34,777 nt of DNA from an uncultured virus (IMG/VR IMGVR_UViG_3300042270_000679) (lineage: Duplodnaviria > Heunggongvirae > Uroviricota > Caudoviricetes), in the IMG/VR virus record IMGVR_UViG_3300042270_000679. One strand, 5' to 3'. Under the pieces are notes generated by a model. It had not been told where the DNA came from. It did no database searches and saw only the letters and a list, made by a program, of their open reading frames with translations. A program made the position numbers and the translations under genes. Below, piece after piece: positions 9,335-18,534 of this stretch. The first letter of the stretch is position 1, and each line of letters opens with the position of its first letter.

Positions 9335-9762
9335 ATTTTATCAACCTCCTCTTCAAACGCCCTAATCATCGCATCCACGCAGGCCTTTTTACTTGCCGTT
9401 TTCGCGGGCTTCAGAAAAGGTTTAGGTGGCTGTCCATGTTTGCCATATTCCAAAACTCCTGCAACCATCGCATTGCTTTTGCCATCCCTACGAGGTTCGG
9501 AAAAGCCGACCTTGACGTTGAAATTTCCGTCCCGGTCTTGTCTGGCAGAGGAGATTCCAAGGGCTGAAACGAGCTCACCAGTGGATCTGCTATCTTCCTT
9601 AGTGCCATTTCCAATAACACTCTGTAGGTTGCTTTTTACTTTAGTTTCGACAACCTCGCCGCCTGCTTTCAGTACGCGGGGAATAATCTCATCTGTTTTC
9701 TCGCCAAGCCTTGAGAGCTTCATCAGAAAGTCCTCCGGCATTTTAAATGTTGTTTTAGCCAC
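9331..9762 (-). CDS. HK97 gp10-family neck/tail completion protein
   Basis: LEYG..QPPKPFLKPA motif; GTG start after AAGGAGGTG. Confidence 0.85.
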   Translation of the reverse strand: MAKTTFKMPEDFLMKLSRLGEKTDEIIPRVLKAGGEVVETKVKSNLQSVIGNGTKEDSRSTGELVSALGISSARQDRDGNFNVKVGFSEPRRDGKSNAMVAGVLEYGKHGQPPKPFLKPAKTASKKACVDAMIRAFEEEVDKI

Positions 9763-10087
9763 TGGGTTTCACCTCCTTGGCAAGAACCTCAAGATACATG
9801 CCGCGCCCTTTGACATCTTCCACCGAGGTAATTTCAAAGCGACCCTCTTTGTTCACCACAATCATCGCAGTCGTAATGGTCACACCGGGTATACGGCGAA
9901 AACGGAAAAGGTCGGTGGCTTCAGAGAAGATGGCTCTGTTCGCCCATTTCTCATTGCCGTGCCGACCCTCCCGATACGCTTTGACAGAGGCGATGATGTT
10001 GTCAACTTCGGTTTTAAAGCCCTCATGATCCTTCATGGTCACTCTTTCAATGATGTCAATGAAGGTGTTCATCTTTCCATAGCTCAT
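9755..10087 (-). CDS. Head closure / head-tail adaptor protein
   Basis: Start MSYGKMN at 10087; beta-rich gp16-like pattern; synteny. Confidence 0.8.
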   Translation of the reverse strand: MSYGKMNTFIDIIERVTMKDHEGFKTEVDNIIASVKAYREGRHGNEKWANRAIFSEATDLFRFRRIPGVTITTAMIVVNKEGRFEITSVEDVKGRGMYLEVLAKEVKPSG

Positions 10088-10089
10088 AA

Positions 10090-10398
10090 TCACACCTTCC
10101 AATCCCGGTCCAGCCGAAGTAAGAGGTTGACCGTATTCCAAACCTGCTGTCCAGCCTGGACATTGTCCGCAAAAAAGCCGCCTGTGCTGCCGTCCCTTGA
10201 TTCATAGAAATGGGACGACAGCATGATAACGGCTTGCTCGGTGGTGGGTGGCATTAAGCTGGCTGTATAGGTGTTTTCGGGTAGATGCTGATAGCTCTCG
10301 GCGTACCTGACGGCAGCGGTGATGTACATCTGCAAAAGTTCATCATCTGCCGAGTGCTCAAGAATGAGGTTTGCCTTAACCTTTTCAAGCAGTGTCAT
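10090..10398 (-). CDS. Head-tail connector protein (gp6-like)
   Basis: LEKVKANL..DDELL..AVIMLSSHFYESR motif. Confidence 0.85.
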   Translation of the reverse strand: MTLLEKVKANLILEHSADDELLQMYITAAVRYAESYQHLPENTYTASLMPPTTEQAVIMLSSHFYESRDGSTGGFFADNVQAGQQVWNTVNLLLRLDRDWKV

Positions 10399-10422
10399 AC
10401 CGTCACCATCCTTTCATCGTTC

Positions 10423-10782
10423 TTAACTATCAGCCGCCATAAGCCCAGCGTTTTTCATCTTTACAAGCAACGCATTGAAATCAGAAAGGAGTCCTGCGAC
10501 ATCCTCCGCAGTGCTTGCCACTTGGTTCTCGGCTATGGACGGTTCCGGCACACTGGGATAAGTTGAAACATAAAGGATTCCGTCAGGTCCGACTTTTGCA
10601 GGAACGGTATCAGTTTCTGTTTTAGCCGCTGCCTTGATTCCACCCAGCGTGGTTTCAGTAGCGATGGATACAGAAGCAGAAGGAAGCCCCGTTACCGAGG
10701 CCCCTTCCTTGATTTCAAGCGTGCCGCCTATGACGGTTTTCTCACCGCCTTGTTCGGTGTAGTTCTTTGCGTTATAGCTCAT
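10423..10782 (-). CDS. Head fibre / capsid decoration-like protein
   Basis: Directly after the capsid gene; ATETTLGGIK repeat unit and DFNALLVKMKNAGLM C-terminus. Confidence 0.6.
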   Translation of the reverse strand: MSYNAKNYTEQGGEKTVIGGTLEIKEGASVTGLPSASVSIATETTLGGIKAAAKTETDTVPAKVGPDGILYVSTYPSVPEPSIAENQVASTAEDVAGLLSDFNALLVKMKNAGLMAADS

Positions 10783-10794
10783 ACTGCACCTCCG

Positions 10795-12003
10795 TTAAGC
10801 CTTCTGCTGGAGCACCTTGATAGCCTCCGGCAGAATCAGTTTTCCATCAACACGCTGAGTTGCGACAAAGCCTACCTGACCAGTAGCTGCATAGAGCTCG
10901 TTGAGTCTCTTGAAAACACGGCCCTGACGATCGGCAACCCAGTAGTAACCGAAATCGCCGAACGCGACCGTCTTTGCAGAAGCAGCAATTGCAGGAACAT
11001 AGGCTGAAGTGTACAGCGGTCTGTTCAGAATGGTGTCCGGCGTACCGGCTTGCAGTGAAGGCTGCCAGAGGTATTGACCCTGACCGTCCTTCAGCTTGCG
11101 GATCGCCTTTACTGTAGCATCATTCATAACAAAAGCAGCTCTGTTTCTATAAGGTGCCTTTAGTGAATAGAACAGGTCAAGCACTTCATCAATAGTGATA
11201 GCAGTTGCACCTGCTGAAGTTACACCAAGTTGTGCTCCTCCTGTAGCTGCCAGGATACCAGTTGGTTTACCAGAGCCATCGCCAATGAAGAAGGCTTCCT
11301 CTTCCTTATTTCCTATACGTCTTGCAAATTCCGTAGAAATATATGGTTCAAGTCTAAATACACTATCGTTTAAAAGTTCCTCAGAAACCTTGATCATCGT
11401 ACCCAGCTTATAGGCTCCAATGGATACTTGACCGAAGCTATCATCACTTTCAAGGATTGCGCCTTCCTCATCAATCCATGAGGCTGTGCCCTTTGATGCT
11501 ACCACCGGGATTTTTCTATCGCCGGAAGCTGTGGTAATGACATTTGCCAGTTGACGGAAGATGTTCTCTTCCTTTAAAGCTTCAACAAGAGTTCTCTCAA
11601 ACTCATCAGGAACTAAATAACCACCTTCGGAATCTGTACCAACTTGTAGAGCGTTTTTTACTGTGGGATCAAGCCCCTCACCGGCACGTGTACGCATGGC
11701 ATTCCAAAATGCTTTTCTGTATTCATCGGATGCTCTTCCAGTTTTACCTTCCAGTTTGGAATTAGCAGGTTTTCCTGTCAGCGGATTAGCTGTAGGAGCA
11801 TTAAGTTCCGCATCCAGTATGGCTTGTTTTTCTAAGCGGTCAATTTCCTTACCAAGAGCAATTACATCGGCTTCCATTTTGTTATAGGTGGCTTCGTCCT
11901 CAGCAGAAATCAAACCATCTGTGCCACGCTTGGTATCTAAGAACGCTTTGGTAGCGTCCCATGTTTTGGCGCGTTTTTCGCGCAGTTCTAAAATCTTGTT
12001 CAT
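10795..12003 (-). CDS. Major capsid protein, HK97 fold with N-terminal delta domain
   Basis: Coiled-coil N-terminus, EGGYLVP, GDGSGKPTGIL, KLKDGQGQYLW, FGDF motifs. Confidence 0.95.
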   Translation of the reverse strand: MNKILELREKRAKTWDATKAFLDTKRGTDGLISAEDEATYNKMEADVIALGKEIDRLEKQAILDAELNAPTANPLTGKPANSKLEGKTGRASDEYRKAFWNAMRTRAGEGLDPTVKNALQVGTDSEGGYLVPDEFERTLVEALKEENIFRQLANVITTASGDRKIPVVASKGTASWIDEEGAILESDDSFGQVSIGAYKLGTMIKVSEELLNDSVFRLEPYISTEFARRIGNKEEEAFFIGDGSGKPTGILAATGGAQLGVTSAGATAITIDEVLDLFYSLKAPYRNRAAFVMNDATVKAIRKLKDGQGQYLWQPSLQAGTPDTILNRPLYTSAYVPAIAASAKTVAFGDFGYYWVADRQGRVFKRLNELYAATGQVGFVATQRVDGKLILPEAIKVLQQKA

Positions 12004-12018
12004 AATCTTTTCCTCCTA

Positions 12019-12717
12019 TTAATGAATGATGTTGTTGAGCCGCTTTTCCAGTGAATCAGCGGGTGTACCTTTTTTAGCAGGTGCTTTCTTGGGACATACT
12101 TTATCAAGCAGTGAATTTGTGACTGCTCTACGGCTAAAGGCATAGGTGAAATCATCTTGTTTGATGTGCTTTTTCTCATCCTCCAAAATTTCATCTGCAA
12201 AGCCGAGTTCAATTGCCTTATTGGCATTCAGCCAGGTTTCTGCATCCATGAGGTGAGAAAGCTTGGCTCTTGATAAGCCCGTCTTGATTTCATAGGCATT
12301 GATAATGCTTTCCTTTACCTCTGAAAGCATATCTATAGCTTTTTGCATTTCCTCGCTGTCACCGATTGCTACGGTCAATGGGTTATGCACCATCATCAGT
12401 GCAGTAGGTGCCATAAACACAGTTGTTCCGGCCATTGCAATTACCGAGGCGGCAGATGCTGCGATACCATCAATCTTCACGGTGACCTTGCCTTTGTAAT
12501 CCATGAGCATGGCGTAGATCTGACTTGCTGCAATGCAGTCGCCGCCGGGAGAGTTGAGCCAAATAACAAGGTCACCCTCACCGGAAGTCAAATCTGCTTT
12601 AAATGCCTTAGGGGTGACATCATCATCGAACCACGATTCTTCGGCAATTACGCCGTCTAAGTAGAGCGTTCGGGCATCGGTTTTTTCATCCTTGACCCAG
12701 TTCCAGAATTTCTTCAT
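12019..12717 (-). CDS. ClpP-like head maturation protease
   Basis: NSPGG, AASAAS (Ser), MVHNP (His), ETWL motifs; between portal and capsid. Confidence 0.92.
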   Translation of the reverse strand: MKKFWNWVKDEKTDARTLYLDGVIAEESWFDDDVTPKAFKADLTSGEGDLVIWLNSPGGDCIAASQIYAMLMDYKGKVTVKIDGIAASAASVIAMAGTTVFMAPTALMMVHNPLTVAIGDSEEMQKAIDMLSEVKESIINAYEIKTGLSRAKLSHLMDAETWLNANKAIELGFADEILEDEKKHIKQDDFTYAFSRRAVTNSLLDKVCPKKAPAKKGTPADSLEKRLNNIIH

Positions 12718-13970
12718 TCGGTTTCCTCACTTTCTGTAATATTTGCGAACGCACCGGCGTCCTGTAATTTGGTCATAGCTCCATTGATGAGGTAGAGATC
12801 ACCTCCGAGTTCCACCGGTATCCGGTCAAGATTTTCAAGTTCCCGGATATCATTGGCGCTCATCCAGCCGTTCTGACGTGCGGTGGCGTAACCGCTCATT
12901 CGGCTCACATAGTCGCCTCGAAGCAGACCGTCCACATTGAACTTAATGAACAGCTTCGACTTTTCGCTCTCCATGAGCAGGGCGCGGCACATGGACTGTT
13001 CCCAGCGCACTACCCAAGGATCGAGGGTGTATTTCACGAACTCAAGAGATTGCTGTTCGATGTTGGAAAAGGACGATTTCTCAAGGTCAGCCAGCATGTG
13101 AGGCGGCACCCTGAAGATTCGGGCGATCTCATTGATCTGGAATTTTCTCGTCTCCAGAAACTGTGCTTGCTCTGGTGAAATCCCGATGGGCTGATACTTC
13201 ATGCCTTCCTCGAGAACGGCCACCCTATGAGAATTTCCGCTCCCTTGATAGGCTGCATTCCAGGACTCCTTAATCTTCTGTGGGTCTTTGATCGTGCCCG
13301 GATGTTCAAGCACACCGCCCGGAGCTGCACCGTTTGCGAAGAATTTCGCACCGTATTCCTCAGTGGCAATGGCCAGTCCCACGGCATTCTTCGCCATAGC
13401 AATGGGAGAGTAGCCAACCAGACCATCAAAGCCCAGACCAGGAATATGAAGAACGTCAGAGGGAGACAGGTAGACTTGGCTATCCTTGCCAAGGAAGACA
13501 GTGTCCTCGTTACTGCGCTGGTACAAATAGAAAAGCCGACCGTTTGAATCTCGGTCGACTGTCATTTTGTTTGGCATCAGCGGATATAGTGCAACGACCT
13601 CGCCGCGAGCATTTCGTATGATCTGCGCGTAGGCGTTCCCCCATAACAAAAGATGACTCATCAGCGTTTCTCTAAACGCAAAGGAAGTCATCTCAGGATT
13701 CGGTTCGTCATGAAGCAGTTTGTACAGTGGGTGTTTGAGGTGTTTTTCCTTGCCTCCGGAATCGTTGTATTGATATATATGGAGCGGAAGCCCCGCCAGT
13801 GTTTCAGATAATATCCTCACGCAGCTGTACACTGCTGTCATTTGCATTGCCGTCTGCTCATTGACCGGTTTTCCCGCGCTAGTGCTTCCGAAAAAGAAGC
13901 TGTAGCGGCTGCCACCGAGGGCATCTTTAGGCTTGTCCCGCGCCTTAAATATTCCTTGCAGTATTCCCAT
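12714..13970 (-). CDS. Portal protein (HK97 family)
   Basis: AVYSCV, LLWGNAY, GYSPI, IARIFRVPP, NIEQQ motifs; start could be 13970, 13976 or 13979. Confidence 0.95.
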   Translation of the reverse strand: MGILQGIFKARDKPKDALGGSRYSFFFGSTSAGKPVNEQTAMQMTAVYSCVRILSETLAGLPLHIYQYNDSGGKEKHLKHPLYKLLHDEPNPEMTSFAFRETLMSHLLLWGNAYAQIIRNARGEVVALYPLMPNKMTVDRDSNGRLFYLYQRSNEDTVFLGKDSQVYLSPSDVLHIPGLGFDGLVGYSPIAMAKNAVGLAIATEEYGAKFFANGAAPGGVLEHPGTIKDPQKIKESWNAAYQGSGNSHRVAVLEEGMKYQPIGISPEQAQFLETRKFQINEIARIFRVPPHMLADLEKSSFSNIEQQSLEFVKYTLDPWVVRWEQSMCRALLMESEKSKLFIKFNVDGLLRGDYVSRMSGYATARQNGWMSANDIRELENLDRIPVELGGDLYLINGAMTKLQDAGAFANITESEETE

Positions 13971-13988
13971 AGACATCACTCTCCTTTA

Positions 13989-15590
13989 CTAAAAAACAAG
14001 CAGGCCACGATCGTCATAGATCGAAGCGCCACTTTCGTTGCCACACCGAATCGCCCGGTCAAGGGCCATAATGGTTGCGACAGCGCCGTCGATTTTTTCG
14101 GTGGATTTCTCTTTGTCCGCTTTGATGTTGCCTGCCGGGTCGGTGCGGATATAGATGTTGTCCATCATCCAGCGCAGGACCGGGTGACCACCGTGGGCAA
14201 GCTTCTGTTCTAAGGTTAGCTTCATTAGTTCTTTTGTCGGTGGGCTCATATCCTTGAAGCCCTGACCGAACGGAACGACTGTAAAACCCATACCCTCAAG
14301 GTTCTGGACCATCTGCACAGCACCCCAGCGGTCAAAGGCAATCTCGCGAATGTTGTATTTCGTACCCAGCTCCTCAATAAAGCTTTCGATGAAGCCATAG
14401 TGGACCACATTGCCTTCAGTGGTTAAAAGGTAGCCTTGCTTTTTCCAGACATCGTAATTCACATGGTCACGCCGCACACGCAAATCGATGTTGTCCTCCG
14501 GTATCCAGAAGAACGGGAGCACGACAAACTTGTCATCTTCGTCCAGCGGTGGGAATACCAAAACAAAGGCAGTAATGTCGGTGGATGAGGAAAGGTCAAG
14601 ACCACCGTAGCAAACCCGGCCTCGTAAGGCTTCCGGGTCGACCGCAAAAGCGCAGGCATCCCATTTGTCCATCGGCATCCAGCGCACAGCTTGTTTGACC
14701 CATTGGTTCAAGCGGAGCTGCCTGAAGCTGTTCTCCTCGGCGGGATTCTGGCGGGCCGACTCAAATGCTGCTTTGACTTTATCTAAGCCGACTGTAATAC
14801 CGAGGGAGGGATTGGCTTTTTTCCAAACCTTCGGATCAGTCCAGTCGTCCTCTTGCACTGCACCATATATGACCGGATAGAAGGTCGGGTCATTTTTTCT
14901 ACCATCAATGATATCCAGGGCCTTCTGATGGACTTCCCAGCAGATGCTGTTCTGATTATCTCCGGCGGTCGTGATCAAAAAATAGAGCGGCTGCATTCTC
15001 GCATCGCCGCTGCCTTTGGTCATAACATCGTAGAGCTTTCGGTTTGGTTGGGTATGCAGCTCGTCAAATACAACGCCATGGGTATTGAAACCGTGCTTGT
15101 TGCCGACATCGGCAGACAGCACTTGATAAGTGCTCCCGGTTGGTAAATAAACAAGCCGTTTCATGGAATCAAGAATCTTGACTCGTTTTGCGAGTGCTGG
15201 ACACATCCGCACCATATCTGCTGCAACGTTAAAGACGATAGACGCCTGATTACGATCGGCGGCGCAGCCGTATACCTCAGCGCGTTCCTCATTGTCGCCA
15301 CAGGTTAGCAGTAGAGCAACGGCAGCGGCGAGCTCTGATTTACCCATCTTCTTTGGAATTTCCACATACGCAGTGTTGAACTGCCGATAGCCGTTGGGCT
15401 TGATGGTGCCAAAGATATCCCGAATAATCTGCTCCTGCCAGTCAATAAGTTCAAAGGGCTTTCCGGCCCAAGTGCCCTTGGTGTGGGAGAGCGCCTCAAT
15501 AAAGCACACGGCGTAATCGGACAGAGCCTTGTCATAGATTGAATCCGATGCTTTAAATCGGGTGGGTTTATATTTCTTCAATTTTCTGAT
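13989..15590 (-). CDS. terL: Terminase large subunit (possible ATC start at 15590; first conventional start TTG at 15581)
   Basis: Walker A-like PKKMGKS, Walker B VVFDE, ITTAG, nuclease GLDLS and KIDGAVA motifs. Confidence 0.95.
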   Translation of the reverse strand: MRKLKKYKPTRFKASDSIYDKALSDYAVCFIEALSHTKGTWAGKPFELIDWQEQIIRDIFGTIKPNGYRQFNTAYVEIPKKMGKSELAAAVALLLTCGDNEERAEVYGCAADRNQASIVFNVAADMVRMCPALAKRVKILDSMKRLVYLPTGSTYQVLSADVGNKHGFNTHGVVFDELHTQPNRKLYDVMTKGSGDARMQPLYFLITTAGDNQNSICWEVHQKALDIIDGRKNDPTFYPVIYGAVQEDDWTDPKVWKKANPSLGITVGLDKVKAAFESARQNPAEENSFRQLRLNQWVKQAVRWMPMDKWDACAFAVDPEALRGRVCYGGLDLSSSTDITAFVLVFPPLDEDDKFVVLPFFWIPEDNIDLRVRRDHVNYDVWKKQGYLLTTEGNVVHYGFIESFIEELGTKYNIREIAFDRWGAVQMVQNLEGMGFTVVPFGQGFKDMSPPTKELMKLTLEQKLAHGGHPVLRWMMDNIYIRTDPAGNIKADKEKSTEKIDGAVATIMALDRAIRCGNESGASIYDDRGLLVF

Positions 15591-15611
15591 ACACCGTCAC
15601 CTCCTTTCGCA

Positions 15612-15676
15612 GGGCATAAAAAATACAGCCCATCATGGCTGCATAACGAGGAACAGAGCCGGTTGGCTCATGTCCC
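15612..15676 (-). terminator. Tandem hairpins ending in a terminator-like stem plus T-tract upstream of terL
   Basis: GGGACATGAGCC/GGCTCTGTTCC stem, then TGCAGCC-ATGATG-GGCTGTA-TTTTTT. Confidence 0.55.
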
Positions 15677-15698
15677 AAGAAGCTGAAGTTTGTTTGTG

Positions 15699-15926
15699 TT
15701 AGCTGTTTTCCTTATGCAGCAGGAGCTCAAGGGCAAGCTGCGTGTCTGGGTCGGCGGGCTCTATGTCCCAGCCCCTGTCGTAGTTGCATACGACCTTGCC
15801 ATCACGCTTGAGCATCAGCTTGCTGATCCTGCCGCCGTCGATCCCGAACTGGGAACCTTCCTCATAAACCTTCATCCAATAATGAAAAATGCTGTCGTGA
15901 ATCTTAAGGCTTCCTTCTTTCCACAT
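15699..15926 (-). CDS. Conserved small phage protein (GIDGGRISKL..YDRGWD family), 75 aa
   Basis: ATG at 15926 after AAGGAGGT; recognisable Firmicutes prophage accessory family. Confidence 0.75.
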   Translation of the reverse strand: MWKEGSLKIHDSIFHYWMKVYEEGSQFGIDGGRISKLMLKRDGKVVCNYDRGWDIEPADPDTQLALELLLHKENS

Positions 15927-15963
15927 GGCGTGTACCTCCTTCGTTTTTGTATGTGTATATTCG

Positions 15964-16014
15964 CTCTGAAAGCACACAATAGCAAGTCAATTCAGAGATA
16001 TAAATGCACCAAAT
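15964..16014 (-). promoter_or_regulatory. Promoter-like repeat, copy A
   Basis: 38/51 ungapped identity (hand count) to 17212-17262; contains CTTGCTA as a -35-like box. Confidence 0.55.
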
Positions 16015-16036
16015 ATCGTTATGAAAGGGATGTGTT

Positions 16037-16213
16037 TTACGCCTCACCGGTTAGGATGAAATGGGCATATTCTTTGCGGTTTTCTTCGAGGTACACGACC
16101 AGCTCATAAAAACCCATGTCGTTTGCGATACGCTGCACCGTTACCACATCGAACATATTCGTCAGACCGGTGTCGCGTATGGCCAAGATCTGCTTTCGCA
16201 CCTTATCGGTCAT
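16037..16213 (-). CDS. DUF5049-like small protein, 58 aa
   Basis: MTDKVRKQILAIRDTGLTNMFD..YAHFILTG signature. Confidence 0.75.
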   Translation of the reverse strand: MTDKVRKQILAIRDTGLTNMFDVVTVQRIANDMGFYELVVYLEENRKEYAHFILTGEA

Positions 16214-16436
16214 CGTCGCACCTCCGGCAAAGGTCCTCGCCATAGACCACGTTAAGTCCGCTACCGTTGTCCCAGCTAACCATGATGCTTGCTGTGTCAT
16301 CCACACCGGTTACGGTGCCTTTGGTGCCTATGGGCGGAGCCTGCACATCATCCATGCGAAGAAGCTCAACGCGGCAACCGGTCGGAAACTGGTGGCGGAT
16401 GCGCTCGACTACTTCTTTATTCGGAAATCTCATCAT
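16203..16436 (-). CDS. DUF4314-like protein
   Basis: FPTGCRVELLRMDD..PIGTKGTV..VDD..VSWDNGS.L..GED signature; AAGGAGG RBS. Confidence 0.8.
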   Translation of the reverse strand: MMRFPNKEVVERIRHQFPTGCRVELLRMDDVQAPPIGTKGTVTGVDDTASIMVSWDNGSGLNVVYGEDLCRRCDDDR

Positions 16437-17172
16437 CAGTTGCCTCCTTTTCATTCAGCAGGGCATTTACCGCTTCTACTACAGCGGGGTCGTCGGTAGC
16501 GGCGTCCAGGTCCTCTGCGCTGAAGCCTTTCTTGGCTCCCGTTCGAAATGCGGCGCTACCGGCCAGGTTCCGAAGAAGCGTCCGGCGCGTTTCCTTGAAC
16601 TCATCGCCAATGAAGCCGAGCCTAAGGAGGAAGCAGCGGAAGGCGTACTTCTCATTGTCCGTTTCTTTTTCCTTTGCAGTCACACGCTTATGGCTCTTAG
16701 CTGCACCAAGCATATGCCCAAGGAAATAAGCAGTTGCACTGATGACCTCAGGCTCCGGAATGCGATCGAACCAAGGGAAGCGAATACGCTCTTCGGTGAT
16801 CTCAATTTCCAAGCTGTCAGCACCGAGTGCCTTTTTAATAAGAGTTGCTTTGCTGTCAACCATCAGGCGCAGGTTGTCAATCGCGGCTTCGGTGGTGTCT
16901 TTCAGCGGAAGCTCGATGCAAAGCCCGTCTGTAACTTCCTCGATCTCTGCTTCAAAGCCCATTTTGCAAAGGCGTTCAATAAGCTGTTCGCCCTTGCTGG
17001 TGTCGGTAAGGTCGTCGAAGGAAAGGATGCCGTCCTTGCTGATGGTGAAATTGTCCACCTGATAAGCGCAGGATGGAACGCCGAGGTACTTGGCCTCGCT
17101 TTCGAGAATGCCTGCAATGGCCTGTACCAGTCGCTTGCGGCCGGGTCCGGTTACTTTGTAGTTGAGTTTCAT
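16417..17172 (-). CDS. Phage 'virulence-related' family protein of unknown function, 251 aa
   Basis: MKLNYKVTG..RKRLV start after AGGAGG; C-terminal NEKYAFRCFLLRLGFIGDEFK motif. Confidence 0.7.
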   Translation of the reverse strand: MKLNYKVTGPGRKRLVQAIAGILESEAKYLGVPSCAYQVDNFTISKDGILSFDDLTDTSKGEQLIERLCKMGFEAEIEEVTDGLCIELPLKDTTEAAIDNLRLMVDSKATLIKKALGADSLEIEITEERIRFPWFDRIPEPEVISATAYFLGHMLGAAKSHKRVTAKEKETDNEKYAFRCFLLRLGFIGDEFKETRRTLLRNLAGSAAFRTGAKKGFSAEDLDAATDDPAVVEAVNALLNEKEATDDEISE

Positions 17173-17211
17173 ATTCAAAACCTCCTGTCGTTTTGGTATG
17201 TACATATATCA

Positions 17212-17262
17212 CTCTAAAGGCACCTTATAGCAAGTGATTTTCGAGAAATATATGTGCCAAAT
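17212..17262 (-). promoter_or_regulatory. Promoter-like repeat, copy B
   Basis: Second copy of the 15964-16014 element, directly upstream of the accessory cassette. Confidence 0.55.
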
Positions 17263-17289
17263 CGAATTAGAGGAAGTGGCTGTTTATCA

Positions 17290-18534
17290 TCAAGCATTGC
17301 TGTCCTCACTGACTGTCACCTCCGCAAAGGAATAGAGCAGACCATCACGCTGGACAGAAACCTTGACAGCCGTGCCGACCTGCTCGATGTAACGCTTGAC
17401 GATGACGTCGCAGAATTTCTCGTCAAGCTCGATAGTATAGCAGGATCGGTCAGACTGTTCGCAGGCGATGAGCGTTGAACCGCTGCCGCCAAAGGGATCA
17501 AGCACCAGCGTGTTGCTCATGCTGCTATTCATAATCGGGTATGCCAGAAGAGGAACCGGCTTCATGGTCGGATGGTCACCGTTTTTCTTAGGCTTGTCAA
17601 ATTCCCAGATGGTGGTTTCCTTACGGCCGGTGTACCATTGATGCTTTCCGGTTTTCTTCCAACCGAAGAGTACAGGCTCATGCTGCCACTGATATGGAGA
17701 GCGCCCCAGCACCAGCGACTGCTTCTTCCAGATGCAGCAGCCGGACAAATAAAAACCGGCATCCACAAAGGCTCTCCTGAAATTAAGCCCTTCGGTGTCG
17801 GCATGGAAAACATAGATACTGGCGTCGCTTGCCATGACCGCTTCGGTGTTTGTAAAGGCATCGAGCAGAAAGTGGTAGAAGGCGTCATTACCCATATTGT
17901 CGTTCTTGATTTTTCCTGCGCTGCCTTCGTAGTTGACGTTGTAAGGCGGGTCGGTAATCACGAGATTTGCTTTAGCTCCGGCCATCAACAAATCAAAGGT
18001 GTCAGCCTTAGTGCTGTCGCCACAGACCAGTCGGTGCCGACCAAGGGTCCAGACGTCACCGAGTTTGGTGATCGGCGGTTCCTTAAGCTCTGCTTCCACA
18101 TCAAAATCATCATCGTGGATGCCATCATTGATACTATCCTTAAACAGATCATCCAGTTCGGTGGGGTCAAAGCCAGTAAGCGACACATCAAAGTCCGCGC
18201 CCTGTAAATCTGCAATGAGTAGAGCCAGCTTTTCTTTATCCCATTCGCCGGAAATCTTGTTCAGTGCGATGTTAAGAGCCTTTTCCTTCTCGACATCCAT
18301 ATCGACCACCACACACTCGACCTCAGTAATGCCCATATCGATGAGAACCTTCAAACGCTGGTGCCCGCCTACAACACAACCGGTCACCTTATTCCAGATG
18401 ACCGGCTCGACATATCCGAACTGTTCAATTGAGCGCTTCAGCTTATCGTATTCTGGATCGCCAGGCCTTAAGTCCTTGCGGGGATTATAGTCCGCAGGTA
18501 GAAGCTCGGCGGTTTTCTTCTTCTCAATCAGCAT
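17290..18534 (-). CDS. ParB-like domain fused to N4C/N6A DNA methyltransferase (beta class)
   Basis: YNPRK..GGHQRL ParB/Srx-like N-terminus; DPPY catalytic motif before HPTMKP and DPFGGSGST SAM-binding motif. Confidence 0.92.
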   Translation of the reverse strand: MLIEKKKTAELLPADYNPRKDLRPGDPEYDKLKRSIEQFGYVEPVIWNKVTGCVVGGHQRLKVLIDMGITEVECVVVDMDVEKEKALNIALNKISGEWDKEKLALLIADLQGADFDVSLTGFDPTELDDLFKDSINDGIHDDDFDVEAELKEPPITKLGDVWTLGRHRLVCGDSTKADTFDLLMAGAKANLVITDPPYNVNYEGSAGKIKNDNMGNDAFYHFLLDAFTNTEAVMASDASIYVFHADTEGLNFRRAFVDAGFYLSGCCIWKKQSLVLGRSPYQWQHEPVLFGWKKTGKHQWYTGRKETTIWEFDKPKKNGDHPTMKPVPLLAYPIMNSSMSNTLVLDPFGGSGSTLIACEQSDRSCYTIELDEKFCDVIVKRYIEQVGTAVKVSVQRDGLLYSFAEVTVSEDSNA

